64,000 nt of DNA from Pirellulales bacterium (GTDB taxonomy: Bacteria > Planctomycetota > Planctomycetia > Pirellulales > UBA1268), in the NCBI GenBank assembly GCA_016779265.1, contig JADHNY010000003.1:12741-76740 (forward strand). Reading direction: 5' to 3'. Under the pieces are notes generated by a model, which did no database searches, had not been told where the DNA came from, and saw only the letters and a list, made by a program, of their open reading frames with translations. The position numbers and the translations under genes were made by a program. Positions 1 through 8,181 of the stretch are shown one piece after another (the first letter of the stretch is position 1; every line of letters begins with the position of its first letter).

Positions 1-774
1 CCCGATGCCGAGATCGACCTGTTTCGAGCGGCGCTGTTGATCGCTCGCCTCGACAACCCTGAAGTCGATGTCGAGGCTTCGTGTGCAGAGGCACAGCGAC
101 TCGCAGCGACGGTCGCAGAGCGGCTGCCGGAAGATGCAGATCAGGAATCAACGCTCGCGATGCTGGAGACGGTGCTCTTTGAGGAGCTTGGATTCCACGG
201 CAGTCGAGGCGACTTCTACAACCGCTCCAACAGCTATGTGAACGAAGTGCTCGACGACCGCGAGGGCATCCCGATCACGCTCGCAGTGGTCTACATGCAG
301 CTCGCAGGTGAACTCGGTGTGGAGATCGAAGGTGTCAGCTTTCCCGGCCACTTCATTGTGAGAGCTGCTGGTGATCAGCAGGAGTCGATCTGGATCGATG
401 TTTTTGAGGCAGGTGAGCGGCTCACGAGAGAGGATCTCGCGAAGCGACTGAAAGAACAGTCAGGCATGGATCTCGCCGAGCGTCATCTGACGGTAGCAAG
501 TTCGAGAGAGATCCTCGCTCGCATGCTCGGCAACCTGGAAGGGATCGCCAGCCGGGAGCAGGATGCACCGGCGATGCTTCGCTACCTCAGTGGCATTCTC
601 ACGGTGACACCTGGGGCCACGCGTGATCGTGTGCTACGGATGGTCACGGCTGAACGGCTGGGTCGTCGGGAGATGGCCTTGGCGGATGCTCGTTGGTTGC
701 TTGAGGAAGCCCCTGAAGAGATCGATCTCGGACAGGTGCAGCAGTTCATCGACCGTGTGGAAGAGCAGCCGTAG
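1..774 (+). CDS. SirB1/YchA-family transglutaminase-like protein with TPR-like C-terminus (5' end cut by window edge)
   Basis: Frame 1 is open from nt 1 (PDAEIDLFRAALLIARL...), so the TTG at 37 is probably internal. LETVLFEELGFHG..YNRSNSYVNEVLDDREGIPITLAVVYMQLAGELG..GVSFPGHFIVR matches the SirB1 N-terminal family pattern. Confidence 0.6.
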   Translation, partial: PDAEIDLFRAALLIARLDNPEVDVEASCAEAQRLAATVAERLPEDADQESTLAMLETVLFEELGFHGSRGDFYNRSNSYVNEVLDDREGIPITLAVVYMQLAGELGVEIEGVSFPGHFIVRAAGDQQESIWIDVFEAGERLTREDLAKRLKEQSGMDLAERHLTVASSREILARMLGNLEGIASREQDAPAMLRYLSGILTVTPGATRDRVLRMVTAERLGRREMALADARWLLEEAPEEIDLGQVQQFIDRVEEQP

Positions 775-829
775 CGGCGGCGCGGGTCGCCTCCTAGCGT
801 TTGGATGAAAGCTGTGCTGCGCGAACAGT

Positions 830-852
830 GCCGGCCCCTTGTGGGGACCGGC
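830..852. terminator. GC-rich hairpin between convergent genes
   Basis: GCCGGCCCC ttgt GGGG(a)CCGGC: 9 bp stem with one bulge and a 4-nt loop, in the convergent intergenic space. No clear T-tract. Confidence 0.3.
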
Positions 853-943
853 CATGTATTGGGAATGGCGACGTGTTTCACTCACGATGGAGTCGTGCAG
901 CGCAGATCGGGACGCTTATGGTGGAAATCCCAGCGAGCCAATC

Positions 944-1384
944 TTACGGTTTGGCCCAGTAGTCAACGACGCAGACATCCTCGACGTGCGGACCGACGAT
1001 TGAGACAAAATCCTGATGGGCTGGATGCGGCAGATAGGCGTCACGATCGGCTGCTGACGCAAATGTCACAAAGAAGCAGTGCGTGAATCCCTGTGCCTTG
1101 CCTTCAGGCGAGACGTCGGTGCCCCACTCGAAGTCTTTGATCTGAGAAATCTTCGCAGGCAGTCCACGGAATGCAGCCACAATCTTGGCGATGTCGGCAT
1201 CCGTCGAGGACTCCTTAAACGCAAAGAGCACGACGTGTCGGAGCACCTTGCCTTCTTCAGCGGCCGTTGCCTCACGGGACATCGTCATCATCCCGACGAG
1301 TGTGGCGGCAACGACGAGCAATGCTGTTGCGGTCGAGGCGAGGGTGGCGGGGGAAACGGCTTTGGCAAGCTGGGCGATGAGCAT
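944..1384 (-). CDS. Dabb (stress-responsive alpha/beta-barrel) domain protein with N-terminal signal/anchor
   Basis: VLRHVVLFAFKESSTDADIAKIVAAFRGLPAKISQIKDFEWGTDVSPEG...YLPHPAHQDF is the Dabb pattern. Start set at ATG 1384 (MLIAQLAKAV... hydrophobic leader) rather than the track's 1468. Confidence 0.6.
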   Translation of the reverse strand: MLIAQLAKAVSPATLASTATALLVVAATLVGMMTMSREATAAEEGKVLRHVVLFAFKESSTDADIAKIVAAFRGLPAKISQIKDFEWGTDVSPEGKAQGFTHCFFVTFASAADRDAYLPHPAHQDFVSIVGPHVEDVCVVDYWAKP

Positions 1385-1500
1385 GAAGTGGCTCCTCCAA
1401 ACAATGCTGGACTCGTGGCTGTGGCGTGAACGGGCAACAGGCCGACCGTAGACTGCGGAGTCTATCATCGCGATGCGTGGAGAGCCGGCAAAGGCGTCGC

Positions 1501-3432
1501 TTACACGATGCCCTTTTCTTCAAGCAGGCTGATGACCGCATTAACGCATTCGCCAAACGGCTTCTCATGCGTCGGCAGCACGAGATCCGGGTTGGCCGGT
1601 GGCTCGTACGGGGCGGAAACACCGGGGCAGTTGGTGATTTCACCAGCATCTGCCCGGGCGTAGATCCCTTGAGTGTCGCGTTCACGACAGACCTCAACTG
1701 GAGCAGAGAGGTGGATCGTGAGGAATCGCTCACCGCCGATGCGATCGGCGACCTTCTGGCGGACAGCTTCTTCTGGGGCCACGAATGAAGCCAGGCAGAT
1801 CAGTCCGGCATCGTTCAACAGCCGTGCCACTTCCGCACTGCGGCGAAGGTTTTCACTGCGATCGGCTGCAGAGAAGCCGAGGTCGCGGCTGATTCCCAGA
1901 CGCATGTTCTGGCCATCGAGCACGGTCACGGCTCGCCCCATGTCAAACAGCCGTCGCTCAACCGCCTTGGCAAGGCTCGTTTTTCCAGAACCTGCCAGTC
2001 CGGTGAAGAGTACGGTTGCCGGCTGCTGTCCGAAGCGAGCCTGGCGTTCTTCCAGCGACACGCCACTCTCTTCACGCTGCAGATGCTCAGCGGAGGCTGT
2101 CTCATCCCAATGGTCAGCGTCGTCACCGTCACCACGGTCGAGAATCATCCCCGCGGCGACCGTGCTGTTGGTCATCCGGTCGATGATGATGAAACCGCCT
2201 GTGCCACGGTTGCGGCGGTAGGCGTCAAAGGCGATTGGTTCGGCGAGGGTGACCTGGCAACGCCCAATTTCGTTGAGCGCCAGACTGGGGGCGGGCTCGC
2301 GGTGCAGGGTGTTGACGTCGATCCGATATCGCAGCGAAGCAATCTGGCCAGGCGACACCTTTGTCGCCTGCTTGAAGAGGTACTGCTTGCCGGGCAGCAT
2401 CGGCTCTTCGGCCATCCAGACAACTGTGGCATCAAACCGCCGTTCGACGCGTGGCACGTTGCCTGGTCGCACGAGCATATCGCCGCGGCTTGAGTCGATC
2501 TCATCGGTCAGCGTGAGGGTGACCGACAGAGGGGCAAACGCCTCCTCGAGTTCACCGTCGTAGGTAACGATCGATTTCACACGGCTCTTCTTGCGAGAAG
2601 GCAGCGTCATCACCTCATCGCCCTTGCGGATGATGCCGCTGGCAATCGTGCCGGAGAAGCCACGGAAGTCGAGGTTGGGCCGCAGCACATACTGCACAGG
2701 GAAGCGGAAGTCTTCCATGTTGCGGTCTGAGCCGATGTAGACCGTTTCCAGCAGCGGCATCAGGGGGCTGCCGGTATGCCAGGGCATGTTGGGGCTTGGC
2801 GTGACGACGTTGTCGCCCTTGAGCGCCGAGATCGGCATGAAGTGCACATCGGGTAGTTCGAGTCGACTGGCAAAGTCAACGTAGTCCTGCCGAATCTTCT
2901 CAAAAACCTGCTGGTCGTAGTCGACAATATCCATCTTGTTGACGGCGACGACGATGTGCTTGATGCCCAGCAGAGAAACGATGAATGAATGCCGTTTGGT
3001 CTGTGACAAGACTCCATGCCGGGCGTCGATCAGGATCACAGCCAGGTCGGCGGTCGATGCCCCGGTGGCCATGTTGCGGGTGTACTGCTCATGGCCGGGC
3101 GTGTCGGCGATAATGAACTTTCGCTTATCGGTCGAGAAGTAGCGGTAGGCCACGTCGATCGTGATGCCCTGCTGCCGCTCATCTTCAAGGCCGTCGGTAA
3201 ACAGAGCCAGGTCAACCTCTTCGCCAGTCGTGCCGTAGCGGGAGGAGTCTTTCTTGATTGCGGCAAGTTGATCCTCGTAGATCATCTTGGACTCATAGAA
3301 GAGTCGGCCGATCAGCGTGCTCTTACCGTCGTCGACGCTGCCGCAGGTGATGAACCGCAGGAGTTCCTTTCGCTCGTGCTGAGCGAGGTATTCGTCGATA
3401 TCGGAAGCGATCAGGGCGGATTGGTGTGACAT
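1501..3432 (-). CDS. cysNC: Bifunctional sulfate adenylyltransferase subunit 1 / adenylylsulfate kinase (CysN-CysC fusion)
   Basis: N-terminal translational-GTPase fold ([26 protein letters not shown]). C-terminal APS-kinase P-loop ([13 protein letters not shown]). Lies 2 nt downstream of cysD. Confidence 0.9.
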   Translation of the reverse strand: MSHQSALIASDIDEYLAQHERKELLRFITCGSVDDGKSTLIGRLFYESKMIYEDQLAAIKKDSSRYGTTGEEVDLALFTDGLEDERQQGITIDVAYRYFSTDKRKFIIADTPGHEQYTRNMATGASTADLAVILIDARHGVLSQTKRHSFIVSLLGIKHIVVAVNKMDIVDYDQQVFEKIRQDYVDFASRLELPDVHFMPISALKGDNVVTPSPNMPWHTGSPLMPLLETVYIGSDRNMEDFRFPVQYVLRPNLDFRGFSGTIASGIIRKGDEVMTLPSRKKSRVKSIVTYDGELEEAFAPLSVTLTLTDEIDSSRGDMLVRPGNVPRVERRFDATVVWMAEEPMLPGKQYLFKQATKVSPGQIASLRYRIDVNTLHREPAPSLALNEIGRCQVTLAEPIAFDAYRRNRGTGGFIIIDRMTNSTVAAGMILDRGDGDDADHWDETASAEHLQREESGVSLEERQARFGQQPATVLFTGLAGSGKTSLAKAVERRLFDMGRAVTVLDGQNMRLGISRDLGFSAADRSENLRRSAEVARLLNDAGLICLASFVAPEEAVRQKVADRIGGERFLTIHLSAPVEVCRERDTQGIYARADAGEITNCPGVSAPYEPPANPDLVLPTHEKPFGECVNAVISLLEEKGIV

Positions 3433-3434
3433 GC

Positions 3435-4346
3435 CTAGAAGTATCCCTCTCGCTTTTTCTTTTCCATCGAGCCTGCTTCGTCGCTATCGATCAACCGGCC
3501 TTGCCGCTCGGAGAAGGTTGTCAGCAGCATCTCCTGGATGATCTCCGGCAGGGTCGTTGCCGTGGAGTCGACGGCGCCACTGAGCGGATAGCAGCCGAGT
3601 GTGCGGAAACGGACCTTTCGCATCTCAGGCGTTTCACCCGGCTCGAGTGGGAGGCGGTCGTCGTCGACCATGATCATCACGCCATCCCGCCAGACAATGG
3701 GCCTCTCTGCTGCGAAGTAGAGCGGCACGATCGGAATCTGTTCGAGGTGGATGTACTGCCAGACGTCGAGTTCGGTCCAGTTCGAGAGGGGGAAGACCCG
3801 GATGCTCTCCCCTTTCTTGACCTTCGTGTTGTAGAGGTTCCAGAGTTCGGGCCGCTGGTTCTTGGGATCCCAGCGATGAAACTCGTCGCGGAATGAAAAC
3901 ACCCGCTCCTTCGCCCGGCTCTTCTCTTCGTCTCGGCGGGCGCCACCGAAGGCCGCATCGAAACGGTGTTTGGTGAGCGCCTGCTTGAGCGCCTCCGTTT
4001 TCATGACGTTGGTGTGAACCTGGCTGCCATGGTCGATCGGGTTGATGCCCTGAGACCGGCCCTCCTCATTCACATGGATAATCAGGTCGAGGCCAAGTTC
4101 TTTGGCGACGTAGTTGTCCCGCATCCGATACATCTCCTGGAACTTCCAGGTCGTGTCGACGTGCATCAGTGGGAATGGAATTTTGGCTGGGTAGAAGGCT
4201 TTTTCAGCCAGCCGCAGCATGCAGGCCGAATCTTTCCCGATGGAGTAGAGCATCACCGGGTTTTGAAACTCGGCTGCGACCTCCCGGATGATGTGAATGC
4301 TCTCGGCTTCGAGCTGCTTGAGGTGGGTCAGCGAGTAGGAGGACAT
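3435..4346 (-). CDS. cysD: Sulfate adenylyltransferase subunit 2
   Basis: 303 aa with a PAPS-reductase/ATP-PPase fold ([16 protein letters not shown], ...[12 protein letters not shown]..., [12 protein letters not shown]-terminus). Adjacent to cysNC. Confidence 0.9.
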   Translation of the reverse strand: MSSYSLTHLKQLEAESIHIIREVAAEFQNPVMLYSIGKDSACMLRLAEKAFYPAKIPFPLMHVDTTWKFQEMYRMRDNYVAKELGLDLIIHVNEEGRSQGINPIDHGSQVHTNVMKTEALKQALTKHRFDAAFGGARRDEEKSRAKERVFSFRDEFHRWDPKNQRPELWNLYNTKVKKGESIRVFPLSNWTELDVWQYIHLEQIPIVPLYFAAERPIVWRDGVMIMVDDDRLPLEPGETPEMRKVRFRTLGCYPLSGAVDSTATTLPEIIQEMLLTTFSERQGRLIDSDEAGSMEKKKREGYF

Positions 4347-4490
4347 ACCTGTTTTTTCGCGGGTGGAGCGGATTCAGGACCTGTTTGTAGGTGGGCAGCA
4401 CGAGGGCGGCAACCCGAGTCGTTTCCCGGCAGAATGGGAGCCCATCGACAGCGGCAGAAGTCTGCTATGATTGTCCGATCGCTCACACGG

Positions 4491-4565
4491 TGGTGGTTGT
4501 AGCTCAGTTGGTTAGAGCGCCGGTTTGTGGTACCGGAGGTCGCGGGTTCGAATCCCGTCAGCCAC
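4491..4565 (+). tRNA. tRNA-His (anticodon GTG) with encoded G-1, no encoded CCA
   Basis: Cloverleaf folded by hand. Acceptor GTGGTTG/CAGCCAC, D-arm GCTC-AGTTGGTTA-GAGC, anticodon arm CCGGT-TTGTGGT-ACCGG (GTG at 4526-4528), T-arm GCGGG-TTCGAAT-CCCGT. The extra 5' G at 4491 is typical of tRNA-His. Confidence 0.9.
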
Positions 4566-4625
4566 CCTTTTTGCGGGTGTCTCTCTTGTGGGCCCATTTC
4601 TTTGGGCCTTCTTCCATACCTGGGC

Positions 4626-4925
4626 CTACTGACGGTTGCGAAGTGTTCTGCCTGACTGTGCTGCCAGGTAGAGCGTCGTCATCATGTCGTAGACGGTCAC
4701 CTCGTGCAGGAGTTCGGTGACTCGTTCACGGGCCTCCTCCGACAGGAGCGGCTCGACCTCTCGCATCAGGGCGACGACCCGTTTCTGCTGCTCTTCGAGC
4801 TCAGAAAAGTCGACTTTTCCGTCGGCGACGGCCTTGAGAAACGACGACCGGGTGCGGGCGTGCTCCGCGAGCAGCGGCGACTCGGAACGCTCGTCAAACC
4901 AGGCAACGGCGTTGCAGTCAGCCAT
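4626..4925 (-). CDS. Hypothetical 99-aa acidic, predicted helical protein, operonic with top6A
   Basis: ATG at 4925 is preceded by GGAAAGGA 7 nt upstream and lies 35 nt after the top6A stop. No family recognised (MADCNAVAWFDERSESPLLAEHARTRSSFLKAVADGKVDFSELEEQQKRVVALMREVEPLL...). Followed by hairpin GGCCCA-tttctt-TGGGCC (4591-4608). Confidence 0.5.
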   Translation of the reverse strand: MADCNAVAWFDERSESPLLAEHARTRSSFLKAVADGKVDFSELEEQQKRVVALMREVEPLLSEEARERVTELLHEVTVYDMMTTLYLAAQSGRTLRNRQ

Positions 4926-4960
4926 AGCTGGGTCCTTTCCGAAGGTTGGAGAGTGAGCAG

Positions 4961-6115
4961 CTAGTCGAGCCAATCTTTCTCGGCGAGCCGCTCTGGGGCG
5001 TAGGTCTCAGTGACGTAGCTGATGTCTTTCGAAATCAGTGCTTCGACTTCCAGTTTAAAGCCGTTGGAGAGCATCTGGCCGATTTCTTTCTGCCAGGGTT
5101 TTTTGTTGACAAACCAAGGGTAGGCGGCGATCTGCTTGGCCCGCTTGATGTCTGAGTCGGAAAGGGCGATCTGCACACTTGGTGAGAGCTTGCAGAGGTC
5201 GTAGTCACGGCTTCGCAGGCCGAGGAACTTCGCCTCTGGGATGGCCATACGCTTGGACTCGTAGGCGAGGTTGATCGAGCCCTGCTTGAGAACGGAGTAG
5301 ATGTAGTATCCCCACGGATCGTTATCGAGCAGGCAGTAGACAGGCAGTTTCAGTTCGTGGTGCAGGCGGTTGAGCAGCCGACGCACGCCTCGCGGTGGCT
5401 GACCACCGCCGTGGGTCAGCAAGCAGCCATGATTCCGCCAGAACTTGTCTTCATTGAACCGCCGCCAGACGGTGTCTTTTTCGACATGCAGGATGAAGCT
5501 CGCGTCGCACTTCTTGAACTTGATCACATCCGCTTCAACGATCGACGGGATGCTGTAGCCGCCAGACCCCATCCGGGAGCAGTCGATCTCGTCGCCGGAG
5601 TCTTCCAGCACGATCGGGCCGACCATGCCACCTCGATTGCTGGCATACACGTGGAGTTCTTCCCGCAGGCTCTCGAGGGTCACCTCGAGATCTTCGATCA
5701 TCGGGTCGCACTCGTCCTGTGTCGCGAAGGTCTCCTCCCGGGTGCCTTCGATCGTGTGCTTGAGTAGGTAGTAGAGACCTCGGATGCTTGTGGTCTTCTG
5801 TTGATCGATCAGCTGCTTGCAGCCACTCGCGACGAGCAGCGTTTGCATGTAGCTCTTCGCCTGAGAGAGGTTAAAGAGCTGGCGGCAGTTCTTCTGCGAG
5901 CCCATCTCGATAATCCGCTTTGTCTTGTTGAAGCGGACGTTCGAGAGGCTGCGGGTGGGGATGTCGAGATGCGGGTCGCGTCGTTTGGCGGCTGCGGAGG
6001 CCACTCCGTCGGCGAGGCCAACAATCAGATTTCGCGTCTTTTCGTCGACAGGGGGAAGCTTGGGGCGGGACTGCTTGCCAACGGTCGACTTCGAACGCTT
6101 TGATCCGGCGGGCAT
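4961..6115 (-). CDS. top6A: DNA topoisomerase VI subunit A / Spo11-family protein (5Y-CAP + Toprim)
   Basis: Catalytic-Tyr region TTSIRGLYYLLKH. Toprim glutamate ILHVEKDTVW, GGGQPPRGVRRLL, DxD motif YCLLDNDPWGYYIY, C-terminal GFKLEVEALI. Length of 384 aa is typical of Top6A. Confidence 0.85.
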   Translation of the reverse strand: MPAGSKRSKSTVGKQSRPKLPPVDEKTRNLIVGLADGVASAAAKRRDPHLDIPTRSLSNVRFNKTKRIIEMGSQKNCRQLFNLSQAKSYMQTLLVASGCKQLIDQQKTTSIRGLYYLLKHTIEGTREETFATQDECDPMIEDLEVTLESLREELHVYASNRGGMVGPIVLEDSGDEIDCSRMGSGGYSIPSIVEADVIKFKKCDASFILHVEKDTVWRRFNEDKFWRNHGCLLTHGGGQPPRGVRRLLNRLHHELKLPVYCLLDNDPWGYYIYSVLKQGSINLAYESKRMAIPEAKFLGLRSRDYDLCKLSPSVQIALSDSDIKRAKQIAAYPWFVNKKPWQKEIGQMLSNGFKLEVEALISKDISYVTETYAPERLAEKDWLD

Positions 6116-6201
6116 CTGCGATAATCTCCTGAAAGCTGCGGCGGTGACGTCTGCCGCTCCAGACAGCCTACTTTCGCCACCTTTGCGGAAACACCACCAT
6201 C

Positions 6202-6321
6202 ATGATCAAAACAGGTATCGCCTACATTCTGATCGTGCTGTTGATGGCTCTCGGCATCCTCATTGTCGGCCGCTCGGGTGGTCGCCTTGCTCCTGGCGAA
6301 GAGCCACCAAAGAAGCGATAG
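6202..6321 (+). CDS. Possible 39-aa single-pass membrane peptide
   Basis: ATG..TAG ORF below the track's size cut-off: MIKTGIAYILIVLLMALGILIVGRSGGRLAPGEEPPKKR. It has one hydrophobic helix and a basic tail, and sits in an otherwise empty 342-bp gap. No obvious SD. Confidence 0.3.
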   Translation: MIKTGIAYILIVLLMALGILIVGRSGGRLAPGEEPPKKR

Positions 6322-6342
6322 CTTCGCGAAGGCAGTGTGCCG

Positions 6343-6371
6343 CCGAGCACAGAGAAACCGAGCACAGAGAA
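6343..6371. repeat. Tandem direct repeat CCGAGCACAGAGAA x2 (15-bp period)
   Basis: Exact 14-mer at 6343-6356 and 6358-6371, in the intergenic region upstream of top6A and downstream of the aminotransferase. Confidence 0.8.
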
Positions 6372-6457
6372 TAGGGACAGACACCCTTGGCAGGCGACGG
6401 CCTCAGTGGTGGCCGCGTGCAAGTCATGACTCGCACGAGTTGTCGGACCGCAGCCGG

Positions 6458-7750
6458 TTAACAGCGGACATCGTCGGCACGGCCAACCGCGTTGATCCGG
6501 CGGAGAAAACGAGGTGGCTGAAGCCCGCTGTCTGTCCCCTGCCGATCGGCGAGTGCGTCGGTGACCGGTGGAGGCGGTGCGAGCTCAAAGTACTCTGCGA
6601 TCCGGCCGACCACGGTCCGCTGTTCGTTAGCCGTCAGTTCAGGGAAGATTGGCAGGGCCAGCGTCTCACGGGCCGCCTGTTCGGTCGCCGGCAGGCTTCC
6701 CTCTTGGCATCCCACATACGCAAAACACTCCTGCATATGCAGCGGCACCGGATAGTAAATCTCTGACGCGACGCCCTGCTCACGCAGATGAGCACGCAGA
6801 CTATCCCGATGGCCGCCGAGCACGCGGATCACAAACTGATTCCAGACGTGACGGCCGCGTGACTCGTCGGTCGGCAGGATCACCTTCCCGTCGAGACCGG
6901 CTGCAGCAAAGAGTCCACAGTAGGTGGCTGCGTTGGCCTGACGCTGACTTGTCCAGGCGTCGAGGTGAGGCAGTTTCACCCGCAGCACGGCAGCCTGAAT
7001 CGAGTCGAGCCGGCTGTTGATGCCCACGACCTTGTGGTAGTACCGCGGCTCCATGCCGTGCACCCGCAGCAGGCGGAGACGCTCGGCGATGTCGTCACGG
7101 GTAGTGGTCAGGAAACCGCCATCGCCAAAGCCACCCAGGTTCTTTGTGGGATAGAAGCTAAAACAGCCGACATCACCCAGGCCTCCGGAGCAGCGGCCAT
7201 GCCAGGTTGAGAGGATCGACTGGGCGGAGTCCTCAATCACTGGGATGCCGGCGTGCTCGGCAATCGGCAGGATGGCGTCCATATCGGCGGTGCGGCCGAA
7301 GAGGTGGACCGGGATCACCGCCCGTGTACGAGGTGAAATCTTCCGCAGCAGGTCTGTGGGATCGAGCAGGTACGTTGCCGGATCGATGTCGACAAACACC
7401 GGCGTCGCGCCGAGGCGAGTCACCGCACTGGCGGTGGCAAAGAAGGTGTAGCTTGGCAGCAGCACCTCGTCACCTGGTTGGATATCGACCGCCATCAACG
7501 CCAGCAGCAGCGCGTCGCTGCCAGAGGCGCAGCCGATGGCATGAGGAACGCCCAGCATTCTGGCGAGTTCGCTCTCCAGTTCTGCAACATCGGGGCCCAG
7601 GCAAAACTGTCCAGAGTCACAGACACGAAGAATGGCTGCCTGAAACTCTTCTTTGAGGGTCTCGTACTGCCGATCGAGAGCGAGCAGGCCGACCGAAGGG
7701 AGCAGCTCGGTGCTGGATGCGTCTGGACCGTCGAGTTTGGTGCGAATCAT
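6458..7750 (-). CDS. DegT/DnrJ/EryC1/StrS-family PLP-dependent sugar aminotransferase
   Basis: GSDALLLALMAVDIQPGDEVLLPSYTFFATASAV, the PLP-lysine motif FSFYPTKNLGG, and ALPIFPELT. It has a ~40-aa C-terminal tail beyond the usual fold. Confidence 0.85.
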   Translation of the reverse strand: MIRTKLDGPDASSTELLPSVGLLALDRQYETLKEEFQAAILRVCDSGQFCLGPDVAELESELARMLGVPHAIGCASGSDALLLALMAVDIQPGDEVLLPSYTFFATASAVTRLGATPVFVDIDPATYLLDPTDLLRKISPRTRAVIPVHLFGRTADMDAILPIAEHAGIPVIEDSAQSILSTWHGRCSGGLGDVGCFSFYPTKNLGGFGDGGFLTTTRDDIAERLRLLRVHGMEPRYYHKVVGINSRLDSIQAAVLRVKLPHLDAWTSQRQANAATYCGLFAAAGLDGKVILPTDESRGRHVWNQFVIRVLGGHRDSLRAHLREQGVASEIYYPVPLHMQECFAYVGCQEGSLPATEQAARETLALPIFPELTANEQRTVVGRIAEYFELAPPPPVTDALADRQGTDSGLQPPRFLRRINAVGRADDVRC

Positions 7751-8181
7751 GAGATGCAGCGACTCCGTTGCCTCGAAACCACTGCCTCGGGCGAAAGGCC
7801 CTCAAACGACAACGATTTCGTTGTGGTGACCGTCCGTTTGCCAGCGAGTCTGCGGAAAGCATCTCGCTCGACTGAAACGATCTGAGGTGAGGAAATAGGA
7901 AACTTCCCTCCCCACAACAAGGCCAGGTACGCGGGTGTCGCCGGGCCTGAAAGGCGGTGGTCGACCGGGATTGCCCCGCTCCACTGAATTGACACCTCTG
8001 CCTGTCGAACCCTAGATTCACACGCGAAGATGGGCGGCCGGCTGCGTTCGTGGAGAGCAGTTGTGAGTCGTACGGCATATCGCCACGGATGTGCCCCGAG
8101 TTTTGTCGACGGATCAACGCCCCGTCTGTCGACGTGCCTTATCGAGAGTAGTGCGGCTCGGCTTGCTGAGCCGCGAATGGC

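Noticed and set aside
4491-6457. tRNA-His as the integration site of a genomic island carrying top6A
   Set aside because: There is no integrase. I could not find a direct repeat of the tRNA 3' end downstream, and there is no evident compositional break. Only a whole-genome comparison could revive this idea.
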